The position numbers and the translations under genes are program-made. DNA of 43,265 nt from positions 1 to 43,265 of the forward strand of contig JAAYJM010000203.1 in NCBI GenBank assembly GCA_012522895.1, read 5' to 3'. Positions 1 through 9,068 of the stretch are shown here, piece by piece. The notes under the pieces are model-generated. The model had not been told where the DNA came from, searched no databases, and saw only the letters and a list, made by a program, of their open reading frames with translations. Numbering within the stretch: the first letter of the stretch is position 1; each line of letters starts with the position of its first letter. This DNA is from Ignavibacteria bacterium (lineage in GTDB: Bacteria; Bacteroidota; Ignavibacteria; Kapaibacteriales; UBA2268).

Positions 1-33
1 ACAAATTTTCCCAAAAACGAGGGAGACATATTT

Positions 34-2751
34 ATGCTAAAAAAATTTTTCTTAATTGCATTACTAATATGCACGCCGCAGCTGCTTTGGTCGCAAGGAG
101 TATGGACGAAAATTGAAGACTTTGCCGGTAGTGCACGTTATTGTGCTGTTGCGTTTTGCATTGGCGATTATGGATATGTAGGAACGGGTTACGATGGCAC
201 TAACTACAAAAACGATTTGTGGGAATACAACATTTCTACAAATACCTGGACACAAAAAGCAGATTTACCTGGCGCTCCAAGGTCAGAAGCTGTTGGTTTT
301 GCTATTGGTAATTATGGTTATATCGGAACTGGGATGAGTGGTGTAAAAACCTATTGTTTAGATTTCTATGAATATAATCCAGCCACAAATACCTGGGCAC
401 AAAAAGCAAATTTCCCTGGAACTGCTGATTCATCTGCAAGATGTGGCGCTTTTGCTTTTGTTATTAACGGAAAAGGATATGTTGGAGGTGGGATAACGAA
501 TGCAGGTTATACAAATTCATTTTTCGAATATGATCCAGCTACTGATAGTTGGACGCAAAAAAAACAATTTCCTGGCACCGCCCGCAGTGGAGCTTCTGCT
601 TTTGCAATTGATTCCTTGGGATACGCAGGGACCGGATACTATCCACGAAAATATAATAATGACTTCTTTGAGTATAATCCCGCAACAGATACTTGGACGC
701 GAAAAGCTAACTTTGCTGGTGATGCTAGGTCGGATGCAGTTGGCTTTGCACTCGGAACAAAAGGGTATATTGGAATGGGATATGATGGTTTTAATGTATT
801 AGGTTTTTATCCAAATGATTTTTTTAAATATGATCCATCTACTGACAGCTGGACATTGCTTACTGATGATATTGGAATTACAGGAATGAATGCTTGTAGC
901 TTCGTTAACAATAATTATGCTTATGTTGGGCTTGGTTACGATGGAAGTATGAAGAGCAGCTTTGATAGATATGGACTGGGTATTATAACCGGTAATATAA
1001 TTAATGAACCATATTTTTTAGGTGATACTGTTATAGTCCCATTTACTGTAGAAGATGAATTTTTAGAAGGGAATGTATTTACTGCCCAGATATCAGACGC
1101 AAACGGTTCATTTTCAAACCCAATTGATATTGGAACACTAAACGGCGTTAATGCAGGGAATATCACTGCTACTATTCCCTTTGAAGCAGTAGGCGGAACT
1201 AATTATCGAATAAGGGTTGTTTCTTCAGATCCAATTATTAATGGTTCAAATAATGGAAAAGATATAAGAATTATTGGCAGTTGGACGCAAAAGCCAAATT
1301 TTGGAGGAGGAGCCCGCACTGATGCCGTAGGCTTCTCAATTGGCGATGAAGCTTATATTGGAACTGGACAAGTAAAAAAAAATATATCTAAAAATGATTT
1401 TTGGGAATATAATACAGCCACAAATCAGAGCTTACAAAAAGCAGATTTCGAGGGAGTAGAACGTTATAGTGCCGTAGGCTTCTCGATTGGCGCAAAGGGT
1501 TATATTGGACTGGGATTTAGTGATAGTGGAGGTTTTCAAAGTGATTTTTGGGAGTATGATCCTGAAAAAAATCAATGGACCCAAAAAGCTAACTTTGCTG
1601 GGGGCGCACGCAATAGAGCAGTTGGCTTTTCAATAGGCGCAAAGGGCTATTTAGGAACGGGATGCGATGAAGATGAAAAAAGTGATTTTTGGGAGTATGA
1701 CCCTGCTACTAACCAATGGACTCAAAAAGCAGACTTTGGCGGAGGCGCAAGAATAGATGCCGCAGCTTTTTCAATAGGCACAAAGGGCTATATTGGAACG
1801 GGATGGGATGGGAGTTTTTCTATGGATGACTTTTGGGAATATGACCCTGACGCAAATCAATGGACACAGAAAGCAAATTTTCCTGGAGGCAAACGGATAG
1901 AAACAGTAGGTTTTTCGATTGGAAATAAGGGCTATATCGGAACGGGATGGGATGGCTACTGCTATAATGACTTTTGGGAATATGACCCTGTTGCAGAACA
2001 ATGGGCTCAGAGAGCAAGTTTCGCTGGAGCCGCTCGCTTTGAAGCAGTAGGTTTTTCGATTAGAAATAAGGGCTATATTGGAACGGGATATAGCTTTTAC
2101 TATATTGGAGGAGGATATGAAAGTCGTTATTTAATGAGCGATATATGGGAGTATAGCACGCATTTAATAGTAACAAAGCCGCTTTCAAGCGATATATATA
2201 TTCAAGAAGATTCAGTTTTTGTTCCATATAAAGTTAATACTTCTTTCAATACTGGAAATATTTTTAAAGTTCAGCTATCGGATTCAAGTGGCTCTTTTGA
2301 AAACCCAGTTGATTTGGGTTCAGTTCAAGAAATTTCATCTGGAGAAATCACAACAAAAATTCCTATAAATACAGTTCCTGGCGAGCATTATAGAGTAAGG
2401 GTAGTAGGAACTGATCCTTTTACTATTGGCTATGATAACGGAAGCGACATTGTAATAGCAGATGCAACAGGTATTCAAGACGAAAGGGAATCTTCATTAA
2501 GCATAAACATCGTTCCAAATCCAGCTTCCAGCATTACCGCATTTGAATTTAGCATAGAAAACGAAGGCGATGCAGCTATAGAAATTTACACATTAAACGG
2601 TGAATTGATTGCAAAAATCGGAAGCAATTTCTACGCACCGGGAGTATATAAATTGAATTTTGATGCAAGCAGTTTGGTCAATGGAGTTTATAACGTTATA
2701 TTAAGTTCTTCGGGCAAAAGAGCTTCTTCGCTTATGATTATAAATAGGTAG
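34..2751 (+). CDS. Secreted Kelch-like beta-propeller repeat protein with T9SS (Por) C-terminal sorting domain
   Basis: 905-aa ORF with an N-terminal signal peptide (MLKKFFLIALLICTPQLLWSQ). About 14 degenerate ~50-aa repeats W(T/A)QKA.F.G.AR..AVGF.IG.KGYIGTG...DFWEYDP, typical of Kelch/galactose-oxidase-type blades. Two copies of a ~95-aa module (..FTAQISDANGSFSNPIDIG..YRIRVVSSDP and ..FKVQLSDSSGSFENPVDLG..YRVRVVGTDP). The last ~80 aa (IVPNPASSITAFEF...LMIINR) look like a T9SS secretion tail. Confidence 0.8.
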   Translation: MLKKFFLIALLICTPQLLWSQGVWTKIEDFAGSARYCAVAFCIGDYGYVGTGYDGTNYKNDLWEYNISTNTWTQKADLPGAPRSEAVGFAIGNYGYIGTGMSGVKTYCLDFYEYNPATNTWAQKANFPGTADSSARCGAFAFVINGKGYVGGGITNAGYTNSFFEYDPATDSWTQKKQFPGTARSGASAFAIDSLGYAGTGYYPRKYNNDFFEYNPATDTWTRKANFAGDARSDAVGFALGTKGYIGMGYDGFNVLGFYPNDFFKYDPSTDSWTLLTDDIGITGMNACSFVNNNYAYVGLGYDGSMKSSFDRYGLGIITGNIINEPYFLGDTVIVPFTVEDEFLEGNVFTAQISDANGSFSNPIDIGTLNGVNAGNITATIPFEAVGGTNYRIRVVSSDPIINGSNNGKDIRIIGSWTQKPNFGGGARTDAVGFSIGDEAYIGTGQVKKNISKNDFWEYNTATNQSLQKADFEGVERYSAVGFSIGAKGYIGLGFSDSGGFQSDFWEYDPEKNQWTQKANFAGGARNRAVGFSIGAKGYLGTGCDEDEKSDFWEYDPATNQWTQKADFGGGARIDAAAFSIGTKGYIGTGWDGSFSMDDFWEYDPDANQWTQKANFPGGKRIETVGFSIGNKGYIGTGWDGYCYNDFWEYDPVAEQWAQRASFAGAARFEAVGFSIRNKGYIGTGYSFYYIGGGYESRYLMSDIWEYSTHLIVTKPLSSDIYIQEDSVFVPYKVNTSFNTGNIFKVQLSDSSGSFENPVDLGSVQEISSGEITTKIPINTVPGEHYRVRVVGTDPFTIGYDNGSDIVIADATGIQDERESSLSINIVPNPASSITAFEFSIENEGDAAIEIYTLNGELIAKIGSNFYAPGVYKLNFDASSLVNGVYNVILSSSGKRASSLMIINR

Positions 2752-2784
2752 TCGGTTATTGGTAGTCGGTAATCGGTTTTTGAG

Positions 2785-2821
2785 ATGGGCTGTGTTTTTG
2801 AGGCATAGCCCATTTTTTTTT
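2785..2821 (+). terminator. Rho-independent terminator after the Kelch-repeat gene
   Basis: Hairpin ATGGGCTGTG (2785-2794) / CATAGCCCAT (2804-2813), 10 bp with one G-T pair and a 9-nt loop, followed directly by a run of 8 T. Confidence 0.7.
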
Positions 2822-3025
2822 CAGTCTTTCCGAGCGCAGCGAGGAATCCAGAAAAGAAAATCCCCCCGACCACCTTTTCCAAAGGGGGAGAAAGAGTGGC
2901 AACGTCAAAATCACCCCTCCCCTGTGTTTATCCCGACAGGGATTATATTATTGTAGAAGAAAAGATCTGCCGCACTTCTAAAGTGTGGCATATCTGAAGC
3001 AAAAGAGTTAATTAAAAAAAGGTGG

Positions 3026-3160
3026 ATAAAAAGCACTAAGTAATTACAATATTTAAAGATCCACCCCATGCCCCCGCCAGCGGGGGATACTGGACTGTTC
3101 TGTGTTTCCCACCTAAAAAGAATCTCCCCCTTTGAAAAAGTGAGCAAGGGGGATTTTGAG
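3026..3160 (-). repeat. REP/MITE-like intergenic repeat, copy 1 (inverted relative to copy 2 at 23786-23919)
   Basis: By hand alignment, the reverse complement of 3026-3136 matches 23809-23919 at 97 of 111 positions. Weaker similarity continues to 3160 / 23786. Contains the GC hairpin CCCCCGCCAGCGGGGG. An imperfect inverted partner of its end (TTTTCCAAAGGGGGAGA, 2875-2891) lies ~230 bp away. It sits between convergent gene ends. Confidence 0.8.
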
Positions 3161-3210
3161 ATTTCTGAATTGCTCGCTATCGATAAGAATACCAAAAAAC
3201 TGATTCTCTG

Positions 3211-5349
3211 TTAATAGCTTGCTATAATTCTTGCCTCTTGAATTATTTCTTCAACGCTTAAAAGTGTGGCTTTTTCGTAATTTTTGGCGAAGCCAACAGG
3301 AACATCTTTCGAGCCTACCCTCTTTACAGGTGCGTCTAAATATTCAAACAGCTCTGAGGAAATAAAAGCTGAAACTTCGGCGCCAAAACCGACTGTTAAT
3401 CTATCTTCGTGAGCAATGAGAACGCGGTTTGTCTTTTTCACAGAATTTCCAACTGCTTCTTTGTCCCAGGGAATTAGAGAGCGCAAATCCACAACCTCAA
3501 TAGAAATGCCTTCTTTTTCAAGTGCGTTTGCAGCTTCTAAACTCCAATGAACAGCAGTTCCATAGCTTACTATTGTTAGGTTTTCTCCTTCACGCCTGAC
3601 TTTTGCTTTTCCAAAAGGAATAATGAAATTTTGAGGCGGAACGGAGGTTCCGGCATTTTTATAGTTATATAAAAACTTTGGCTCAAGGAACATCGTAACT
3701 CCGCGAGAGCGAATTGAATTCCGCATTAAACCTACGGCATCATCGGCAAAAGCAGGACAGACTACCCGAATTCCGGGGAGAGTAGTGAAAACTGCCTCAA
3801 GGTTTTGAGAATGGTAAAGTCCCCCTTGAATATAGCCGCCGCTTGCAAGACGGATTGTAACGTTTGGACTAAATTGACCGCGTGAGCGCCAGTAATCGTG
3901 AGAGCATTCTATAAGCTGTTCCATAGCGGGCCAAAAATAGTCCGCAAACTCAGCACCCTCGATCACAACGCGAAGGTCATCGCGATAGCGACAAAAACCG
4001 TTAGCAGTCCCCACGATATTATTTTCTGCTATTGGAGAATTGAAAATCCGCTCATTCCCGAATTCTTTTAGCATTCCTTTGCAGACATTGAAAACGCCGT
4101 TTTTATTCTTCGAAGCTATGTCCTGCCCCCAAAGGTATGTCTGGGGATTTAAACGAAATTCCTCCTTCAAACTGCTGTTTAAGGCTTCAAGGAAAGAAAT
4201 TTTTTTGTCGCTTTCCCTTTCTTCGTATTCGCTTTGCTCTGGCGCGATTGCGATTGGCTCGGGCATAATGAATTTATTGTATGTAGAGCCATCGGCATCG
4301 GGAGCAGCTTCAGCTTTATCTGCTGCTTGAAAAATTGTTTCCTTATTTTCATCTTCAATTTTCCGAAGTTCTTCTTCTGTAGCGATATTTCGATTGATAA
4401 GGTGATAACGGAATTGCAACATTGGGTCACGGCGAGCCACATCTTCCAGCTCTTCTTTTGAGCGATAAAGAGTGTGTGGGTCTGAATTTGAGTGCGAGCC
4501 TATTCTATCGCAATCAGCGTGGACGAAAGCAGGTCCTTTGCCAGATTGAATGTATTTTATTGCTTCCTGAATAGCGCGGTATGAATCAAAGGGATCGCGT
4601 CCATCGCAATTTACAATTTTTAAATTCTTAAAACCAATATAATTGTCTGATATTATTGGGTTTGCAGTTTGCTCTCTAAGTGGAACAGAAATGCCATATT
4701 TATTGTTTTGAATAACAAAAAGAGCTGGAAGAACCTCAAGCGTAACGCAGTTAAGAGCTTCCCAAAAATATCCTTCCGAGCAAGCGGACTCGCCACTTGA
4801 ATAAATTGCAATTTCATCTCCGTTGAGTTTTTTAATTGCGCGAGCAGTTCCTGCAACGTGCTGGGAATGATTGCCGGTGCAAGAAGAGACGTTTTGAATG
4901 CGGATCGGCGGCTTTGCAAAGTGATTGCTCATGTGCCTACCTCCACCCGCAACGTCTGTTTCCTTGCTCAAGCCATTTAAAATAATTTCTTCAACCGTTA
5001 GCCCTGCTGCCAAAGTTGTAAGCATATCTCGATAATAAGGAAAAAGGAAGTCCTTATTCTGACGGAAGCTAAGTCCCAAAGCAAGTTGAATCCCATCGTG
5101 TCCCGCGAAAGGAGCGTGATATGACCAGCCCTTTGCCATTTTCAAATACAATGCTGCTTTTTCGTCAAGCCGTCTGCCAAGATTGAGCAATTTATACCAT
5201 TTGATAATTGTTTCCTTATCGAAGCCAGTAAAATCGAATTTTGAAGACAGCTCGATTTCACGTTCCTTGTTCAAATAAATAATTTTAACTCTCTGAGCTT
5301 TTTGGTTTTCTTTTCCCTTCTCAGCTTTATTTTGTTTGTTTTTAGCCAT
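3211..5349 (-). CDS. 2-oxoacid (branched-chain alpha-keto acid type) dehydrogenase E1 component, fused alpha+beta subunits
   Basis: 712-aa ORF. The N-terminal half has a TPP-binding E1-alpha signature (..SSGESACSEGYFWEALNCVTLEVLPALFVIQNNKYGIS..). The C-terminal half is transketolase-like E1-beta (..NSPIAENNIVGTANG.., ..EPKFLYN.., C-terminal ..VEVVDLRSLIPWD..). Confidence 0.85.
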   Translation of the reverse strand: MAKNKQNKAEKGKENQKAQRVKIIYLNKEREIELSSKFDFTGFDKETIIKWYKLLNLGRRLDEKAALYLKMAKGWSYHAPFAGHDGIQLALGLSFRQNKDFLFPYYRDMLTTLAAGLTVEEIILNGLSKETDVAGGGRHMSNHFAKPPIRIQNVSSCTGNHSQHVAGTARAIKKLNGDEIAIYSSGESACSEGYFWEALNCVTLEVLPALFVIQNNKYGISVPLREQTANPIISDNYIGFKNLKIVNCDGRDPFDSYRAIQEAIKYIQSGKGPAFVHADCDRIGSHSNSDPHTLYRSKEELEDVARRDPMLQFRYHLINRNIATEEELRKIEDENKETIFQAADKAEAAPDADGSTYNKFIMPEPIAIAPEQSEYEERESDKKISFLEALNSSLKEEFRLNPQTYLWGQDIASKNKNGVFNVCKGMLKEFGNERIFNSPIAENNIVGTANGFCRYRDDLRVVIEGAEFADYFWPAMEQLIECSHDYWRSRGQFSPNVTIRLASGGYIQGGLYHSQNLEAVFTTLPGIRVVCPAFADDAVGLMRNSIRSRGVTMFLEPKFLYNYKNAGTSVPPQNFIIPFGKAKVRREGENLTIVSYGTAVHWSLEAANALEKEGISIEVVDLRSLIPWDKEAVGNSVKKTNRVLIAHEDRLTVGFGAEVSAFISSELFEYLDAPVKRVGSKDVPVGFAKNYEKATLLSVEEIIQEARIIASY

Positions 5350-5382
5350 AAAATACCTCTGATTTTATATTATTATTTATTA

Positions 5383-6606
5383 TTATTCAAAAAAAGATAA
5401 ACTTGCAAATGTAACAGCGGATTTCGTTGCAAGCTCATTCCACTGTTCATATTTAAGAAACTCTGCCTTTGTGGGCTGAGCTGCGTAAAGCATAGAGTAA
5501 ATTGAGGATATACCGCAAATACTTCTTTGGTCTTTAGCTTTGCTTATAGACTCGAAAAAGGCATCTGGATTGCAATTTGATAAATGTTCGATTAACTCCA
5601 TATCCTCGTTTTTAACTGTATCGAGCATTGTTTCGGCATCGAAGCTATTGCCAAATTTTCTGCCAATATGGGCAAAATCGGCGCTTGCAATGAAAACAGC
5701 TTTTCTGTTCAGTGCGGCAATACTTTCATTTAGTTTAGAAATAAATTTATTAAACATTTCATCGCTTTTCGGCAAACTATTTTTCAAAATAAAATTATGA
5801 AAAGAGCCGCAAAGAACAGGCAATATCTTAAATTCTTTCTTCCCAAACAAATGCTTTAAAATAACAGTTTGCAATTCTATTGAATGCTCGTTGCGGTGCG
5901 CTAAATCGTCAATAGTAAGCCGCAACGCACTATCCTTTTGCATAAAGTCAATTAATTCCGTATCGCTTTCCACTATTCCGAGTGGAGTTCTAAAGCCTTT
6001 TTTCGTCAGCATAAAAAGGTCGCTATTTCCAAAATGCGCTGTTCCGAATATGACGAAAAGGTCGGCGTCTGTATTTTTTATTGCGTTATAAGCAGTGGAA
6101 TAAGTTGAGTTAGCTTCCCGCCCAACCCTAAAATCTATATGTGGAACTATGATTGCCTTAGCATTTTGTTTATATTTTTTGGCGTCCTCGCATTTAAGCA
6201 ATTTATTTAAGAAAAGCACAAGCTCCAAACTTTCTGCTGGATAACTTGAAGCGGCACAACTTGGGTTTCTTATTGGAGATTGCAAGTAATATTCAAAATC
6301 AAATTTTTTCCAATAAAAGCGCGGAGTTTCAAGCAAGCAAAACTCGTCAAGTTGCCGAAAAATATTCAAATACTGCGACAGGTCAAAGCCAAAGCCAATT
6401 GCTTTAGAAACAGATTCAGCAAGCTCGAATATAGTGCTTTTTCCATCTAACATTTTTATTATAGGGAAAAGAGGAGATGGTATATAGGCTGGCGCTTCTG
6501 CATATCCTTTTGGGTCGATTAAAACAATCTGCTTCCCTTCTTGCCCAATTTCTATTTCCTCAAAAACAATGTCGCTCCTCAATTTCGGAACTATTAAATC
6601 ATTCAC
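5383..6606 (-). CDS. MEMO1-family protein (AmmeMemoRadiSam system protein B-like) with N-terminal extension
   Basis: 407-aa ORF with Memo-like motifs (..AIIVPHIDFRVGR.., ..FGTAHFG.., ..HSIELQ.., ..SADFAHIGRKFG.., ..RSICGISSIY..). About 130 aa lie N-terminal to the core. No AmmeMemoRadiSam A or radical-SAM partner is present in the window. Confidence 0.65.
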   Translation of the reverse strand: MNDLIVPKLRSDIVFEEIEIGQEGKQIVLIDPKGYAEAPAYIPSPLFPIIKMLDGKSTIFELAESVSKAIGFGFDLSQYLNIFRQLDEFCLLETPRFYWKKFDFEYYLQSPIRNPSCAASSYPAESLELVLFLNKLLKCEDAKKYKQNAKAIIVPHIDFRVGREANSTYSTAYNAIKNTDADLFVIFGTAHFGNSDLFMLTKKGFRTPLGIVESDTELIDFMQKDSALRLTIDDLAHRNEHSIELQTVILKHLFGKKEFKILPVLCGSFHNFILKNSLPKSDEMFNKFISKLNESIAALNRKAVFIASADFAHIGRKFGNSFDAETMLDTVKNEDMELIEHLSNCNPDAFFESISKAKDQRSICGISSIYSMLYAAQPTKAEFLKYEQWNELATKSAVTFASLSFFE

Positions 6607-6725
6607 CTTAACTCCTTAAATTATTTTTCTTTTTTCATTTTTTGATTATTAATTTTTTCGCTTTTATTTTAATTCATTTTACAGTTCCCTTTTCCCCTCT
6701 CTTTAGAAGAAAAATTTTCCCCTTT

Positions 6726-7883
6726 TTAAAAGGAAGGCGGAGTAAAAACCAAATCCTCGCTGCTAAAATGTTGCGATATTATTTCTTTCCAAACGCTTAT
6801 ATGTTCCGGCTTAACCTCTGTAGAATACTTGAAGTCTTTTATAAGGTTGTTTGTATAATTCTCTACGAATCTATGATAATTATCTATAAACCTCAAATAG
6901 TATTTTAAACTGTTTATTATTCCATTAACTATTATCTCAAAACCATATTCTTTTTTTATGCTTAGCACTAAATCATTGATATAGTTTTCTTCGTCTTCTG
7001 ATTCAAAATTGTTTGGATGAGTTGTTAAAATATAGTATTTAGAGATAGGTTGATTTTCAATTTTTTTTATTATATCAAAGATTAAATACCTATCAATGGA
7101 AATGTTATGCTTAATTTCAATCACCTCAAAAGGCTGTCTATCTTTATTGTATATTTCAATATCACCAAAGCTGTGCTTATCTAAAGATGTGTGAACGTTA
7201 AGCTTTAAAAGATTTTTATCTGAATACCTATTTACACTTTTAACTAATTCCTGATAGACTGAGTAAATAGCTAAAACAGGTAGCCGAGAGCTATGCTTCG
7301 TTGAAAAGTGCTTTTTAAGCATTGCAATAACGGTGTTTATATTTAGATCCGCAACTTTTTTTATATCTTTTAACGAGGCTAAAAGTATTTTATGTTCTTT
7401 TTGAGATAGTTCAAATAATCTATGAAAAATGTAAACCAAATATTGCCAAGGGCTTTGGTTTCTAACTTGAATGTTATGAAGAATTTGTAAGAACGCAATT
7501 TTTAGTTCGATGTTTCTAATTTTCAGAGCATTCCCTTCTTTTAACTTCCAAGGTATTTTTTCCCTTGTTGCCAAGGTTAGAAAAGCAGTTTCTTTGTTTG
7601 CATATCTCGGAAAATGCTCTTTAAAAAAAGGAGTAATGAAATTAGTATCTAAACTTCTTGCAGAATATCCATTTTCAAAGTCTACTCTATGTAAACGGAT
7701 ATCTTGATTAGGTTCTAAAATTTTTTTGACTAAGCTTGTTGTTAATGCAGAAACTAAAGATTTATTAGTATCAATATAATTTATCAAAACATCAACATTG
7801 TCAATTATTTCTTTTTTAACTCTTGATACTGTCAAGATTTTAGCTTCGTTTAATGCGTTTATTAAAACATCATCAGCGCTCAT
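6726..7883 (-). CDS. Putative Type II restriction endonuclease (family not recognised)
   Basis: 385-aa ORF whose ATG overlaps the TGA of the upstream methyltransferase gene (ATGA at 7883-7880, minus strand). Candidate PD-(D/E)XK motif GDIEIY-x-EVIEIKH (D-x14-E-x-K). I recognise no other family motif. Confidence 0.55.
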   Translation of the reverse strand: MSADDVLINALNEAKILTVSRVKKEIIDNVDVLINYIDTNKSLVSALTTSLVKKILEPNQDIRLHRVDFENGYSARSLDTNFITPFFKEHFPRYANKETAFLTLATREKIPWKLKEGNALKIRNIELKIAFLQILHNIQVRNQSPWQYLVYIFHRLFELSQKEHKILLASLKDIKKVADLNINTVIAMLKKHFSTKHSSRLPVLAIYSVYQELVKSVNRYSDKNLLKLNVHTSLDKHSFGDIEIYNKDRQPFEVIEIKHNISIDRYLIFDIIKKIENQPISKYYILTTHPNNFESEDEENYINDLVLSIKKEYGFEIIVNGIINSLKYYLRFIDNYHRFVENYTNNLIKDFKYSTEVKPEHISVWKEIISQHFSSEDLVFTPPSF

Positions 7884-8908
7884 ACAAATAAAGTCTCCAT
7901 TCTTATTTTATCAATTTCTTGAAGCCGTTTATTGGCATATTTATTATAATCGGAGTTGATTTCTATTCCAATATAATTTCGATTCAGTAGCTTTGCTGCA
8001 ACGCAAGTAGTTCCACTGCCGTTAAAAGGGTCAAGAACAACTGCACCTTCTTTTGTAAGCAACTTAATAATCTGCTGAACTATAAATACTGGGTAAACAG
8101 CAGGATGCGGGTTACCCTTAATAGATTCAACAGGACTTTCAATAACATCTTTTTTTAAAGCCTTACCATAGATTCGAATAATAGTAAAACCATTTTTTTT
8201 TATTTGCGTTTTCCTTCCCCCTTCTTGTCCACCAAACGGTTGGGAATGAATATTTCTTATTTTCATTCTAAAACTATCAAGATTGCCAGCTCTCACCTCT
8301 TTGATAACTTTTTCTAACTCTTTTTTTGCTTTAGATTTTTCTTGATCGTTAAGATCGGATTGCTTAATCAGTTCAAAATATTTTGTGCCAATATTAGCGC
8401 TGCTCCCGTTGTTTTTTCTTGTTTTAGCTTTTAGCAAGTCTAAATATTCCATAAAAGCGTCTTGATCAAAGTAGTAGTCATTTGACTTAGCGAATACGAA
8501 AAAAGGCTCAGTTGATGGCACTAGCTTTCTTTTATCTTGTCTGGGAGTAGGGTTCAACTTTGTCCATGTAATGTTATTGATTAGCTTTAAATTAAATTTT
8601 TCTTTTATCCCTATAGCAAATTTATACGGTATTAAAGACAGCGATCCATCTAAATATTTATCACCTATATTAAAAACAATGGTGCCGGTGTCCTTTGTTA
8701 CTCTAATGCATTCACTGAAAACAGAATATAAATTTTTTAAATATTCGTCTTCGGTCCGTTCGTTCCCTATACCAGAAAAACCATATTCTCTTTGCTGAAA
8801 GTAAGGCGGAGAAGTAACAATTAAATCAACTAAATCTGATGGAAAATATTTTAAAACATCTTCGCAGTCGCCAGTAATGATTATATTTTTTTTAATTAAG
8901 TTTTCCAT
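7880..8908 (-). CDS. Beta-class N4/N6 amino DNA methyltransferase (SPPY type, probably N4-cytosine)
   Basis: 342-aa ORF. Motif IV (LIVTSPPYFQQREY) lies near the N-terminus and the SAM-binding motif I (VVLDPFNGSGTTCVAA) near the C-terminus. This is the beta-class circular permutation, with a ~200-aa variable region between the motifs. Confidence 0.85.
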   Translation of the reverse strand: MENLIKKNIIITGDCEDVLKYFPSDLVDLIVTSPPYFQQREYGFSGIGNERTEDEYLKNLYSVFSECIRVTKDTGTIVFNIGDKYLDGSLSLIPYKFAIGIKEKFNLKLINNITWTKLNPTPRQDKRKLVPSTEPFFVFAKSNDYYFDQDAFMEYLDLLKAKTRKNNGSSANIGTKYFELIKQSDLNDQEKSKAKKELEKVIKEVRAGNLDSFRMKIRNIHSQPFGGQEGGRKTQIKKNGFTIIRIYGKALKKDVIESPVESIKGNPHPAVYPVFIVQQIIKLLTKEGAVVLDPFNGSGTTCVAAKLLNRNYIGIEINSDYNKYANKRLQEIDKIRMETLFV

Positions 8909-9068
8909 TGCTACTTTGCTTAAGTCATTCCTTAGAATTAATTATACATAATAAAAATTATTGCTGACTGTAAAAATTCTTTTCTAAATACATTTTTATA
9001 TTCTCTGTAAAATCAATAATTAATTTTTTTAAAAATTAACTTTTACACCAAAGCAATCAATAAACCCC

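Noticed and set aside
2759-3195. ORF-track ORFs 2759-2956(+) and 2911-3195(-), together with 23773-23979(+), as possible small protein genes
   Set aside because: They lie entirely in intergenic repeat DNA. The two similar peptides (..SPVSPAGGGMGWIF.. / ..SPLSPAGGGRGWIF..) are translations of the same GC-hairpin repeat. Differences between the copies are not biased toward synonymous positions, and no start or SD context is present.
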